Assembly (NCBI GenBank): GCA_964019335.1
Contig: OZ025720.1
Coordinates: 248,001-312,000, forward strand
From: Diplonema japonicum
Taxonomy: Eukaryota > Protista > Euglenozoa: Diplonemea
Direction of reading: 5' to 3'
Length of the DNA stretch: 64,000 bases
Both the position numbers and the translations under genes were made by a program. Each line of letters opens with the position of its first letter. The first letter of the stretch is position 1. Shown one piece after another: positions 46,293 through 57,041 of this stretch. The notes beneath the pieces are model-generated. The model saw only the letters and a program-made list of their open reading frames with translations, did not search any database and was not told the DNA's origin.

Positions 46293-46522
46293 CTTGTGCC
46301 GTGTTTTTTCCACCGGAGCTGCTTCATTTTGTATAGTACAAAGTAAGGCAAATCACCAAAAAAAATTTTATTACAAAAAAAAATTCCATATGTCGAACAT
46401 TGGGCCCCGGACGCAAATAAATCCATTCCAGCCCTAGAAAAAGCAATAAGAAATTATTTTAGCTCTTCAAAATGCGGTTTCTGGCGGGTCACTTAGCGAA
46501 TATAGAGCGTTTAAAAAAAAAA

Positions 46523-48514
46523 TCACGGCATCAAGTAAACCATCCCGAGCACTTCATTCGCAAGGTTGGGATACGGCGTCTTTGAATCAGCCTTCGCCAT
46601 TACCTTCAGTGTCTGCAAAGGCAGGTCGTGTTCTATTTGTATGCATAAAAGAGGGTTCTCCTGCTTCGCAATGCTTATCAATGTGATAAGGATCTGAAGC
46701 GCCAAACAGATGACTGTCAGCTGCGAATCGTCCAAAACTTTGCGTAAAGGCGAGGCCTGTACCAATTTGCACAGGGGTTTGAACGAGGCAGGGAAAACCG
46801 TGTTCATGACAATGTCGCGATAAGAAGCATCGGCGGGTTGCCCGGTAACATGATCCTTCGAAAGGATTGAAAAGAGAAACAACAAATGTATCAGACAATT
46901 AATAGGAAGCGAAGGAACCGACAGCAAATGGCTCAAAAGAAAAAACTGCTCGTGTTGTGCCACGGTACCACGCTGCAACAAGCTCCCCGCTGTTAGGTTT
47001 CGCAAAGAGTACAATGCTGCAATGAACCCGTTCATGTGGTAAACACTCTTCAAGGGATCAACCACACGAAGTCCTTCCAACAACACCGTCAAACAGTCAT
47101 CCGTCACCATCTTCGAATGGTACTGCCGAGAATCGCTCAACTTATACAAAACCGAGAGACCATGCAACACCATATCCTCCCAATTAGCCCCGTCCGCAGC
47201 ATCTGTACTAGATTGATTCTCTGCTTGAACAGCAGTCTTCATGTGATAGACAAGGCATTGGATTCCATTAAACTGGTAGAAAAACTGCAGGTCCTCAAAA
47301 CTTACGATCCAGCTGTTCAGAAGAATAACAAGATGCGGGATGCTTTTATGGTGCGCGTCCGAGAAAAACGGGAGCACCTTTGTCGTCAGATACTCCATCA
47401 TGCCCTGTTCTTTTAACATTAAATTGTTCGCTTCCTTCTGCGCCACCATCGTCATCACCACCAGAATCGCAGGGTGCATCGCTGGGTAATGATGCAAAAG
47501 CTTCGTCAGTTCTTTAATAGAACGCGGGTTCAGATTTATGATATTGATGGATTCCGGAGATTCTAACTGGTCAACGGTGCCTCTCCCTAGCTCCTTCAAC
47601 AAGTACAAAGCGGATATTTTTAAACCAGCGATTCTGTTTGCTTGCGGGTCGCGGATTTTTGTTTTATGCGAAACAATTTCCCAAGCAGTTTTGATCAACC
47701 GTTTGTCATACGCGTGCTTCGCTACCGTTTCATCCGTTTCCACCATGAAACGGTAGAGCGCGACTGCCCAACATAGAGACTGGCTACAATTCCCTAAAAG
47801 GTAAGGGTCCAGCCCCAAGCAGGTGGTGTCGGCGATTAAAGTGTCAAGGATTTCGACTAGGCCAAGCTTGAGGCAGTAAGCTACTTCAAAGGGTGATCCG
47901 AATGATTCTTGGTTTGCCTCGCATTCTGTGGTGCCAGCTGGATTGTTGTCGTTCCGTGCGGCTTTTCGTTTGGCTTCGTTCCTCGAGCCGATTTTGGGTT
48001 CTACAGACTCCAAGACACGCGGTTCGTTAGTGGTGTTTTCGGTGGTAGAGCCCAAAAGAAAAATAGCCAGAAGCTCTATTGTTAGTTCAAGAAATACTTT
48101 TGACGGGCAAGCGGTTGGCCCGATACACAGTTTGAAGTAATCCTTTATGTTCCCCGCAAGTATTCGTGAGTCGGGTTGACCTGTTTCAACATCTGCATCA
48201 AAGAACAATTGTTTCCTTACAAGTCTTCTCTGAATGGGGTTTGACCGCAGGACCGCGATGACATTTATCATAGCATCCTCCAGTATGGCCTCGTTTTCAC
48301 CCTCTTCTACATCGAAGTTGCGCTCCATGATCAGCAGCTTGCTGTAGTTCGAGGCGATGAAGTCCATTTCACTTACATGAACCGTGATCTTCCCTGTGTC
48401 GGGATTGGTGGCGTACTTGTCCTTCTTGGTTACTGCGTTGGAGGTGAAGAAGACATTCCCCAGTGCCTTCCCCACTTTCTTGATGCCTGAGAATCTTCCC
48501 GTTGCCTCCGGCAT
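46523..48514 (-). CDS. Armadillo/HEAT-like helical repeat protein
   Basis: 663-aa Leu-rich ORF with ARM-like motifs (LSVLYKLS, ALYSLRNLT). Confidence 0.75.
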   Translation of the reverse strand: MPEATGRFSGIKKVGKALGNVFFTSNAVTKKDKYATNPDTGKITVHVSEMDFIASNYSKLLIMERNFDVEEGENEAILEDAMINVIAVLRSNPIQRRLVRKQLFFDADVETGQPDSRILAGNIKDYFKLCIGPTACPSKVFLELTIELLAIFLLGSTTENTTNEPRVLESVEPKIGSRNEAKRKAARNDNNPAGTTECEANQESFGSPFEVAYCLKLGLVEILDTLIADTTCLGLDPYLLGNCSQSLCWAVALYRFMVETDETVAKHAYDKRLIKTAWEIVSHKTKIRDPQANRIAGLKISALYLLKELGRGTVDQLESPESINIINLNPRSIKELTKLLHHYPAMHPAILVVMTMVAQKEANNLMLKEQGMMEYLTTKVLPFFSDAHHKSIPHLVILLNSWIVSFEDLQFFYQFNGIQCLVYHMKTAVQAENQSSTDAADGANWEDMVLHGLSVLYKLSDSRQYHSKMVTDDCLTVLLEGLRVVDPLKSVYHMNGFIAALYSLRNLTAGSLLQRGTVAQHEQFFLLSHLLSVPSLPINCLIHLLFLFSILSKDHVTGQPADASYRDIVMNTVFPASFKPLCKLVQASPLRKVLDDSQLTVICLALQILITLISIAKQENPLLCIQIEHDLPLQTLKVMAKADSKTPYPNLANEVLGMVYLMP

Positions 48515-49006
48515 TTCTTTTTTTTTGTTTGTTTTGTCCCCCCCCCCCCCTTTTTTTAATACAATTTTTTAAAAAAGAAGGAAACACACCAAGAAAAGAA
48601 GAAAAAAAAAGGGGGGGGATGATGGTGGTGTAAAGTCTCGGACAGGTGTTGTCGGCAAGACTCCTTTTATTTTTATCCAGGTAAAAACGAAAGGGGGGGG
48701 GGGGGGGGGAGGAGGAAGGAAGGAAGCTGTTCATTATTTTTTTTATCAATTTCTTTTTTATCATCTCCAATATCGAGGGAGAAAAGAGTGGAACAGCGAT
48801 TTTTTTTCGAAGCAGAAACAAAGATAACGTTTGCGTAGTGTCTTAAAGTGAATCCGGACCGCAAGATAATAGAGGGTGGAGGGGCAGGGATAAGGGGGAG
48901 GGACAGAGAGATAGGGAGATGTGGTGAAACAACAAAGTCAAGGGAACGAACTTGAAAATGCCAAACCACAAAAAAATAATAATTAAAAAAAAGGTGTTCT
49001 CATTCT

Positions 49007-50458
49007 TCACGGGAAAGTGGAACCAATCTCCCCGTACTTCAGGTCGCTGTAGGTGGTGGTGACACTGGCGTAGTTCTGCTCTGGCTGCATGGGGGGCCCG
49101 TCGTTGGGGCCGCATGTGCCTCGGACCGCGCCTGGTGTGGAGTCGCTGGCGTTCTGGGGGTACTTCCCGTCGAGCCACAGCATGTGGGCCTCCTTGTCGT
49201 CCCAGAGGGAGAAGACGAGGACCATCCCGCGGGTGAAGGAGTCCCCCGTCGCTGCCATCCCACCCTTCGCGGAGAAGTGTTGCACCTTGTCGTCGAAGGT
49301 GTTGGCCTGGTCCTTGCAGAAGCCGTCGGTGATGGAGTCGTGGGTGTTCCCCGCCACCGTCGCGTTCATGTTCTGGATGACCTTCCCGTCCTGCACGTAC
49401 ACCCTGCGCATCTCCTTCAGCTTCCCCGTGTCGGTCCCATCGTCCGTCACGAACTGCGTCACCACCGTCATCGGCTTCGACGCGTCCACCTTCAACCCGT
49501 TCCCGTAGAAGTTCACCTTCGCCCCGTTCATCCCGCCGCTGTAGTACTGCAGCCTGTAGGAGGCGAAGTCGCAACCTGCGTGGTCGCAAGTCTCCCTGCA
49601 CTTGTCCGCTCCGTTCGGGCAGGCATACGTCCCTGTCACGTCGGTCCCGTTCGCTTGGCAGGGGTGAGGGGTCACCGCCGTCGACACGTTGTTCGCCTCC
49701 CACAGGTCGATCTCGTTGCAGCAGGCGTGCCATGCGGAGTCTGCCCCGCCCCCCTGTGCGTTTTGGATCGGGATGTTCGCCCGCCCCTTCACAAAGTGGA
49801 TGTCCCCCGGGCACTGTGCGTCGCAGTACCCCGTCCCGTACAGCGGGCCCGCCGTGTTGTCGGTCCCGTCCATGTCCCCGTCCTTGTTCATCTCCACGAA
49901 GTAGATCGGCCCGTTGATCCCGCAGCTCATCATCGGCGCCTCCACCGTGAAGGTGAACTCCCTGTTCAGGAGGTTGAAGGTCTTGTACTCCCACGACGAG
50001 GGGTCTGCCTTGCTCGCGCCCCTTGCCTTCGCCTCCGCCTTCTGCTCCAACATGTACAGCCGCGACCCGATGTTCCCGTCGGGGCCCTTGAACTTCATCG
50101 TCATCGAGGTCCCGTCGCTCGTCACCCCGTACTTCCCGTAGTCCACCCCCTCCAGCATGCAGTTCTGCGCGCACTTTTGCTGGTCGGCAGCAGACGAGCA
50201 GTCCGGGTTTACCCACATCTTGTACTGGTCCCAGCAGTTCGTGTATGTGTCCTCGTGCTGCAGCCACCGCCAGTTCGCGTCCATTGTGATGTACGTCTCC
50301 CCGTCCTTCTGACACCCCCCGGCCTTGCTGCACTTCTGGATTCCCAGCTGCAGCGGTTGCTCCACTGCCTGGCAGTCCATCCCGTTGCATGCCTGTTGCC
50401 CCGTGCTGTGCCCCGTTGCGAGGAGGAGCCCCAGGCAGATGTTCCCGAGCCGTGTCAT
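49007..50458 (-). CDS. Secreted glycoside hydrolase family 7 (cellobiohydrolase/endoglucanase)
   Basis: Signal peptide; DANWRW, GSRLY, YGTGYCDAQC, catalytic CCNEIDLWEAN (ExDxxE), GMVLVFSLWDD, MLWLD, IGST; no CBM1. Confidence 0.96.
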   Translation of the reverse strand: MTRLGNICLGLLLATGHSTGQQACNGMDCQAVEQPLQLGIQKCSKAGGCQKDGETYITMDANWRWLQHEDTYTNCWDQYKMWVNPDCSSAADQQKCAQNCMLEGVDYGKYGVTSDGTSMTMKFKGPDGNIGSRLYMLEQKAEAKARGASKADPSSWEYKTFNLLNREFTFTVEAPMMSCGINGPIYFVEMNKDGDMDGTDNTAGPLYGTGYCDAQCPGDIHFVKGRANIPIQNAQGGGADSAWHACCNEIDLWEANNVSTAVTPHPCQANGTDVTGTYACPNGADKCRETCDHAGCDFASYRLQYYSGGMNGAKVNFYGNGLKVDASKPMTVVTQFVTDDGTDTGKLKEMRRVYVQDGKVIQNMNATVAGNTHDSITDGFCKDQANTFDDKVQHFSAKGGMAATGDSFTRGMVLVFSLWDDKEAHMLWLDGKYPQNASDSTPGAVRGTCGPNDGPPMQPEQNYASVTTTYSDLKYGEIGSTFP

Positions 50459-50917
50459 TATTGGAGTTGTTTTTTGTTTTTGTTTTGTTTGTTTTCTCTT
50501 TTAACCTGTGGGGTTACATTTGCAAGGTATTTTCAAAGAATAAAAAAAAATTCTTTTTTTTTCATCCTTAGATTTCATTTTTTGAGCTTTCATACTCAGC
50601 GTAGAAAATAAAAAATGGAGGGGAATGAAAAAGAGAGAGAAAGGAATTTGTATTTAGGGTGTTCAGGTAATTTCGAATTGTTCACGGGTTATTTTCGAGG
50701 GGTGAGGGGAGGGATGAAAACGATAAAATAGAGAGAAAGATAGATCGGCCGCTTTGCATGGCGGCACGAGAGACAATTTGCCGCAGCTACAAAAGCACCT
50801 TTTTTTTTTAAAACATTTTTTATTTTTATTTTTATTTTTATTTTCAGTTTTCTTTTTTTTTTTCTTCTTCTTTTTTTTGCTGGAACAGGTAGACAAACTT
50901 TGAAGTGAATTGTTGTT

Positions 50918-50952
<35 letters not shown>

Positions 50953-51057
50953 AGAGAGAGAGGCAGCAATGTCTGTTTCTCAAACTGACTTTTCGTTATA
51001 TTCTTTTTTTCCTCTTTCCTTCTAGTGTGTTGTGTTTTAGGAATTATCTACTATCAT

Positions 51058-52068
51058 CTAAAACAACAGAACAAGGGCCACCAGGAGGGTGACAAGGAGG
51101 GCGGTGGCAGGGTGGGCTGCAGGGGAAGACGCGTTCACGGTCTTCTTGTACTGCTTGTTGAACTCCTCCCAGGTGAGGTAGCCGTCGACACTCTTGTTGG
51201 CGTTCAGCTGCACGTACTGGCAGTGGATGTCGAGGGTGAGTGGCGCCACGAAGTCCGCCTGCAGCGAGAGGGTGGCACCTTTCAGGGTACCTGTGCTGCA
51301 CGACCCAACGTTCTTCACAAGCCTCGAGGCGGGGGTCTTGTTGTCCTGAACGATGCACTTCGCGTCGCTGAAGTCGCTCTCCACGAGGGAAGCCACCCAA
51401 CCTGTTGTCACTTTGTTGCACGCAGCCTGCGAGCTCACGCGGCTCGGGCTGGTGACGACCTTGCACTTCGCGTCGTACGACTGGCAGCACCCATCGCACT
51501 CCGGCTCCGCCCCGCATGCCTTCTGGCTCAGGGACTCCGTCGTGCTTGCCTTCTCCTTGCCCGAGCACTTGCTCCCCGTCCAGCTGCGGGTCTTCACTCC
51601 GCCCTTCTTCATCGCAAGCAGGTAGTTCGTCACAATGCACTGTTCTGCCATCGTCAGCGACGATGGGTTGAACTTCGCTGACCCGAGGGCCGTCACCACG
51701 CACGTGTCCGCTTTTAGTGTCTTCACCACCGCCGTCCCCTCGCACGTCTTCGAGTCCTTCCAGTACGATAGCTGCAAGGCCTCTGTTCCCTTCGCGGGGC
51801 ACGCCGTGTCGTCGATCTTCAGCATCACAGAGTATGTCACAGTGCTGTCCGTCAGGCACGCGTCGATCGTGTGCCCGCTCAGTTCTGCCCCCGCCGTCGC
51901 GAACGGCTTCACCGCGACCTTGTCCTGAGCGGCGTAGCTCCACAGCGCCGCCTTCGGGTCCGCAACCCCGGTGCAGTCCGCACTTGCGTAGAACACGGGG
52001 TTCGTGAAGGGGCTCCCAGCAGCCGCAGCAACGGAAACACCAATCGCAAGGAAAAAGGCCGATTGCAT
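51058..52068 (-). CDS. Cys-rich secreted protein with EF-hand-like loop and probable GPI-anchor signal
   Basis: Signal peptide, many Cys, NANKSVDGYLTWEEF, and a small-residue site followed by a hydrophobic C-terminus. Confidence 0.85.
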   Translation of the reverse strand: MQSAFFLAIGVSVAAAAGSPFTNPVFYASADCTGVADPKAALWSYAAQDKVAVKPFATAGAELSGHTIDACLTDSTVTYSVMLKIDDTACPAKGTEALQLSYWKDSKTCEGTAVVKTLKADTCVVTALGSAKFNPSSLTMAEQCIVTNYLLAMKKGGVKTRSWTGSKCSGKEKASTTESLSQKACGAEPECDGCCQSYDAKCKVVTSPSRVSSQAACNKVTTGWVASLVESDFSDAKCIVQDNKTPASRLVKNVGSCSTGTLKGATLSLQADFVAPLTLDIHCQYVQLNANKSVDGYLTWEEFNKQYKKTVNASSPAAHPATALLVTLLVALVLLF

Positions 52069-52241
52069 TTTTTTTTTCTTCTTCTTTTGTACGTTTGTGT
52101 GTTTTTATTAAAATCTTTGTTTGTGTGTTGCCGTTGTTTGAATTTCTCTTCTATAAAATAGCAAAAAGAGGCCAAAAAACAGGACGAAGATCTCGGACAG
52201 ACCTCAGGGACGACAGAACAAAGAAAGAAAAACGGGAAATC

Positions 52242-55200
52242 TCACCCGCCGCCCAGCTCCCCCCACGACCTCCCTACCTGTATGTTCACAGGCAGCGTCA
52301 CACGCAGCGAGACCTCGTTCTCCATGATGCCCCGTATTGTGCCGATGGTCTCCTGCAACTTGTCTTCCCTGACTTCGAACAGAAGCTCGTCGTGGATCTG
52401 CAGGACGAGCCTCGCTTCTGTGTGCGGGATCCTTGCGTACAGAGCGATCATGGCTTTTTTGACTATATCAGCTGCGGACCCCTGACAAATGGTGTTCACA
52501 GCAGCACGCTCTGCAAAGGCCTTCTCCTTCGGGTTTCTGCTGTATATCGCAGGAAGGTACCGCTTACGCCCGAGAAGAGTCTCCACGTAGCCTGTTGAAC
52601 GACAGCCATGCGCCACGGATGTGATGTACTTCGTGATGCCAGTGTATGTGTTTTTAAAGTCACGCAGGAAGATCTCCGCTTCTTCCCTTGTGCAGTTCAG
52701 GTCCTCCGACAGGCTCAAAGCGCCTTTACCGTATAGAATCCCGTAGCAGATTGCCTTCGCGACTTTACGTTCGGCAGGTGTCACGCTGTCGGGGTGCTTT
52801 CCCCGAACCTTGCTCGCGATGTTGCGAAACACATCACCACCAAGCGTCAGGAAATCAAGCATGGCCTTGTCCTCACTGAAATGCGCCATAATACGGACCT
52901 CAATTTGAGAGTAATCTGCTGAGATCAACACATGATGAGGCGGGGCGACGAATGCCTTGCGAAGCTCGAGGTCAATAGTGGCCCCCGATACAGATGAGAA
53001 CTGAACGGGACGGGGGATGGTTTGCAGGTTCGGGTCGATCATAGCAAGTCTCCCTGTGTTCGTTGCGGTTTGAAAGATAACAGCATGCACACGGTCAGAG
53101 GCACCTGCGAACATAGGTATCGCACGAATGTACTTCGTCAACCATCCTACAAGCAAACGGTGTTCCTTGATCATGAGTGGCAGTGGGTTGTCAGGATGCA
53201 GCTCATGTAGCTTTGCGAGGATCGACGCGGAGGTGGACCGTGATTCTGTAGGACGGCTTCTTCTCCCTGCAGCTGTCGTGGGGACAACCTTACGGACAAC
53301 GACCTCTGGAAGACCTTGATTGTCAAACAACGCTCTAGCGCACTGCGCAGGACACGTCATAGACCAGTTGTACCCAGTAATTTCGCACGCTTTCTTCGCC
53401 AGTTCGGTAGCCTTCACGTCCATTGCCGTGTTGTAACGGGAAAATACGTTTTTGTCAAATCTCACCCCGAGGGTTTCCATCCCCGACAGGACGGACACAA
53501 ACGGCATCTCGAGGGTTTTAAACGCCGCCAACAGGTCGTTTTGCTTCAAACTGTCAATTAGTTGCCTCATGAGCACAAGGGACTGAACCGCAGCCTTGCA
53601 ACCGGCTTCCTTGAAATCCGATGGGGCTGTTGCCTGCGGTGCAGTGGTTTTCAAAAACTGCCGTGTCAAAACTTCGAGCGTGTTAGAAGGGCTGCCTTCG
53701 AACTTATCATCCGGCATCAGCATCCATGCGGCGATGCGGGGGTCCATTAAATTGACAGGACACTTTATATTGGTGGATTTGAGGCACCATTTCACCTGTG
53801 ACTTGCAATCATACGACGCTTTAACATGAATCTGCTTGGATTTCAAGAAGTTTGCGACAACGTTGAGACGTTCTGTGCAGACGGGGTCGGAGTGTGCGCC
53901 CTGTGCGTCGTGCAGAACGTAGTAATAAACAAGGTTGGAGTCGAAACAGACAGCAATGCCATAGTTTGTTGAGTCGAGGCCTGTTGTGTTGCCTGAGAAG
54001 GAAAACCCGCATCGATGCGCGGCCTTAAGAGAGGACAAAAACCGTGCTTCCTCGTCGGACCCGTGATTGTTGTGGTTGAGGACAACGATGGAATAGGATA
54101 TGCTGCCCTCCGTGATCTTTCGCACGGTCACCGCTCCGCGCTTCCGGTTGTGCTGCAGGGTCTCGAGGTCCAACCGGTTCAAAATGCTGTTCTTTCCGAC
54201 GTTGTTCACCGTTTCGTTCATTTGCAGTTTTTGCCCGTACCCGGACCCTACGCTGATTCTCTTCTTTTTTGCTGTGTTTTCTTGGCTCGCCTTGATCTCT
54301 TTTATCTTCTCTTCAACACTCCGCAGTTCGGCTTCCTTTTCCTTCGCAGATTTTAAAAGCAACGTTTGCGCCTCTCGAACAATCGACTTCCCGATCTTAC
54401 TGTCGAAATTCTTCAAAACCCCGCCTTTTTTAACAAACGGGTGCGAACCCGCCACCAGCGCCTCCACCTGCCCAGAATCGGCCACCGCAACAGATTCAAC
54501 TGTTCGAAGACCAGCTTGGTAAAACGCACGCGCCCTATACGATTTCATCGAAGGGATTTGCATTAACGGGACTAAGTCCGCTTCGATCCCACTTCGAAGC
54601 CGGGACTGTAATTTCTGAATCAAGGGTGCGAAACCCCACCAGTTTAGGTGTTCTGCAAAGGATGCGACCATTGATGCAAACGAGGCAGCAGAGGACATCA
54701 ATCTCTGGAGGTTACCACGTGGCACCCGAAACCTTTTTGATACGATGTCCAAGGGAGCTTCCTTGACAAGCTCGACGAGAATCAACGAACACCAAAACCG
54801 TCTCAAAATTGTAGACGACCGTGTGCTGTCGTCAGGACGTTGGTGCTGCGCCAATGCGAGTACACCCTCGTTGACGCCAACTAGTCTGGCTACCTTGCCA
54901 ATGTCGGGAGGAAGGTTGAGAAATATCCCGTAAAACCGCGACCAGTCAGGTTCGATTCCTGACACGTAAGGCGTGCAGTGGAAAATAAGGTGCATATCGC
55001 TTGACATGACGAAATGGTTTCTCGCTTCATCTAGATCCTCGTAGACAAGCTTTGCCTCGTGAGGGGAGAGTCCTGACTTGAAGGTCGCCTTGGCCAGCAT
55101 GGTCGGTTTGTACACACCGTGCATCGCGTTGTAGGTTACGAAGTCGTTTCGTTCTAGAAACTCCAACGCGGCGGTCGTTGCCACGCCCACTTCCTCTTCG

Positions 55201-57041
55201 CCTTTCTCTTCCCTCAGAAAAGTGCAGTTTGCGTATTTTCTCACGTCATACACCGTCGCCGTGACCCCGCTTGCTATGGCTTCCCCGATGGCTCTTGTCA
55301 TCCCTCTTTTAGATGATGCGAGGGACGACGCGGCTTTTGGAAGTTTTCCTGTTATCAATGAAGTTAGATATCCCACCTCACCGGGTTTTCCGAGTAAAAT
55401 TGATTCGCCTTTGACGTCCAGTCCAACACGGCCAGCTCGTCCAGCGGCTTGTTTGTACCTTGTTGCGTCTATTCTGTCGATGCCGATTTTTGCTGTTAAG
55501 AATATAACGCGTCTGGAAGGGAGGTTGACACCGGCTGCGAGAGTTGTCGTGCATGTAAGAACCTGTATCGCTGTTTCCCTGTAGCATCTTTCGACAACCT
55601 CGCGTTCTTCGAACGTCAGCCCTGCATGGTGGTAAGCAACACCGTAAGGGATGCAAAACTCAAGAATCGGGTCTGGGCCGCATGGGTTTGTCTTCAGCAT
55701 TTCAATCGCTGTGCTTCTCGGCGTGGAGTGCATCGGGGATGTGGAGGTGGACATGTACTTCGCGATTCGCAGCGCGGTAGTTTCGACGAGCTTCTTCGTC
55801 GGGCAGAATATCAAAACAGAATGCCCTTCCTTAACGGTTTCCATTGTAAGGGATATCAACCGGTCATGGTCCGCTGAACCGGCTGATCCAATGGTTCTAA
55901 CGGTTGTCTGGTCCCCGTTGTGTAATTTTCCGTCCGTGCAGTACCATTCCTGCAACGGGACGGGGCGGTAGTCAGTTGCGAAGAACCACGCGTCCTTGAG
56001 CCATGCAGCGAGGGAGGCTGCGTTGGGCAGGGTTGCACTCATACCTACGATTTGAAGGTCGGTGTGATGTGAGTACAGCATTTTTGTTAGAAACATTTCG
56101 AGGAGGTAGCCTCGCTCGGTTTCTGCGATTTGGTGTAGCTCATCGACGATGACCATGCTTATCTCGTCCATGCGGCCCATGTCCAGAATCGTGTTCACAA
56201 TGCTGTTGGCTCGTTCGATAGTGCATATTGCTACGTCATCTAGAAGTAGTCTGTTGCCCACGCCTGCTGCTTGCGTGCCCACCACAACGTTCAGCGGTTC
56301 GAACAATGCTTGCAGAGTGGCGGCTTTTTCCGTAGCGATCGCCACGTAAGGTACTACGAAAATAATCTTCTTCTTTTTCTTCCTGACGAGCCGCCTCGCC
56401 ATCAATACCTCCGAGACAAGTGTTTTCCCCCCGCTTGTCGGGGCACAGTACACCAGGTTGTCACCATCCAAAGCACCAGTATCATGAAGACAGCAATATT
56501 GCCATTTAAATAACGCGCAGATTCCATTCTCCACATATTTCTCCGCCACTTCCGGTGGAAGCCCTGCATTTTCAATGGAATAATCAGGTGGAGGAGGCAA
56601 CGATGACGGTGTTTCGATTTTCTTGGGGTGCAACAGTTCGTTCAAACCGACTATGCCCGTGGTGATGTCCTTCTTAGGAGCTTCCTTGGGAAGCTCAAGG
56701 CTGAATGATGTGCCTGTGGGAAGGGCGAAACCTGCGGGTGTTCTCTGTTTCTTCTTTTTCCCGCGTAGTGCGTCTGTCGATTTTTTGCGTTTCTCGGGTT
56801 TCTTTTTTTCGCCCTTTAGCTGCGTCAGTTTCCCCATGAATGTTGCCCCCGGTGGGGGCGGCTCGTCGGGTGCTCTCAGCGTCATTTCCAAGGCTCTATT
56901 TTGGTCTTCTATAAGCGTTTTGTAGGTTTCCTCTTCCTCTGGTTCCTCCTCCGTGGATGACTCATCGCTGTCATCAAAGAGACAGTCCTTCCCCTCCTCA
57001 CTGTCTGTTTGGCTGCCAAATAGATCACCTCCTTCATCCAT
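52242..57041 (-). CDS. POLQ: DNA polymerase theta (SF2 helicase plus family A polymerase)
   Basis: APTSGGKT, IVDELH, GMSAT, TLAAGVNLP, QAAGRAGR; TGRL, PNLQ, ADYSQIEVR, KAICYGILYG, LQIHDEL. Start Met chosen at 57041 (57080 also possible). Confidence 0.95.
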   Translation of the reverse strand: MDEGGDLFGSQTDSEEGKDCLFDDSDESSTEEEPEEEETYKTLIEDQNRALEMTLRAPDEPPPPGATFMGKLTQLKGEKKKPEKRKKSTDALRGKKKKQRTPAGFALPTGTSFSLELPKEAPKKDITTGIVGLNELLHPKKIETPSSLPPPPDYSIENAGLPPEVAEKYVENGICALFKWQYCCLHDTGALDGDNLVYCAPTSGGKTLVSEVLMARRLVRKKKKKIIFVVPYVAIATEKAATLQALFEPLNVVVGTQAAGVGNRLLLDDVAICTIERANSIVNTILDMGRMDEISMVIVDELHQIAETERGYLLEMFLTKMLYSHHTDLQIVGMSATLPNAASLAAWLKDAWFFATDYRPVPLQEWYCTDGKLHNGDQTTVRTIGSAGSADHDRLISLTMETVKEGHSVLIFCPTKKLVETTALRIAKYMSTSTSPMHSTPRSTAIEMLKTNPCGPDPILEFCIPYGVAYHHAGLTFEEREVVERCYRETAIQVLTCTTTLAAGVNLPSRRVIFLTAKIGIDRIDATRYKQAAGRAGRVGLDVKGESILLGKPGEVGYLTSLITGKLPKAASSLASSKRGMTRAIGEAIASGVTATVYDVRKYANCTFLREEKGEEEVGVATTAALEFLERNDFVTYNAMHGVYKPTMLAKATFKSGLSPHEAKLVYEDLDEARNHFVMSSDMHLIFHCTPYVSGIEPDWSRFYGIFLNLPPDIGKVARLVGVNEGVLALAQHQRPDDSTRSSTILRRFWCSLILVELVKEAPLDIVSKRFRVPRGNLQRLMSSAASFASMVASFAEHLNWWGFAPLIQKLQSRLRSGIEADLVPLMQIPSMKSYRARAFYQAGLRTVESVAVADSGQVEALVAGSHPFVKKGGVLKNFDSKIGKSIVREAQTLLLKSAKEKEAELRSVEEKIKEIKASQENTAKKKRISVGSGYGQKLQMNETVNNVGKNSILNRLDLETLQHNRKRGAVTVRKITEGSISYSIVVLNHNNHGSDEEARFLSSLKAAHRCGFSFSGNTTGLDSTNYGIAVCFDSNLVYYYVLHDAQGAHSDPVCTERLNVVANFLKSKQIHVKASYDCKSQVKWCLKSTNIKCPVNLMDPRIAAWMLMPDDKFEGSPSNTLEVLTRQFLKTTAPQATAPSDFKEAGCKAAVQSLVLMRQLIDSLKQNDLLAAFKTLEMPFVSVLSGMETLGVRFDKNVFSRYNTAMDVKATELAKKACEITGYNWSMTCPAQCARALFDNQGLPEVVVRKVVPTTAAGRRSRPTESRSTSASILAKLHELHPDNPLPLMIKEHRLLVGWLTKYIRAIPMFAGASDRVHAVIFQTATNTGRLAMIDPNLQTIPRPVQFSSVSGATIDLELRKAFVAPPHHVLISADYSQIEVRIMAHFSEDKAMLDFLTLGGDVFRNIASKVRGKHPDSVTPAERKVAKAICYGILYGKGALSLSEDLNCTREEAEIFLRDFKNTYTGITKYITSVAHGCRSTGYVETLLGRKRYLPAIYSRNPKEKAFAERAAVNTICQGSAADIVKKAMIALYARIPHTEARLVLQIHDELLFEVREDKLQETIGTIRGIMENEVSLRVTLPVNIQVGRSWGELGGG

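Larger units (their letters stand above)
45188..46509. mobile_element. Non-autonomous TIR element with 4-bp TTTA duplication, carrying tRNA-like sequences
   Basis: 27-bp TIR CGCTC(C/T)ATATTCGCTAAGTGACCCGCC with one mismatch; TTTA on both flanks; internal direct repeat TCCATATGTCGAACAT (45301 and 46385). Confidence 0.85.

Noticed and set aside
48843-50611. Long overlapping ORFs (515 aa minus, 475 aa plus) over GH7
   Set aside because: Shadow frames produced by high GC3 codon bias; the same applies to 51044-51943.
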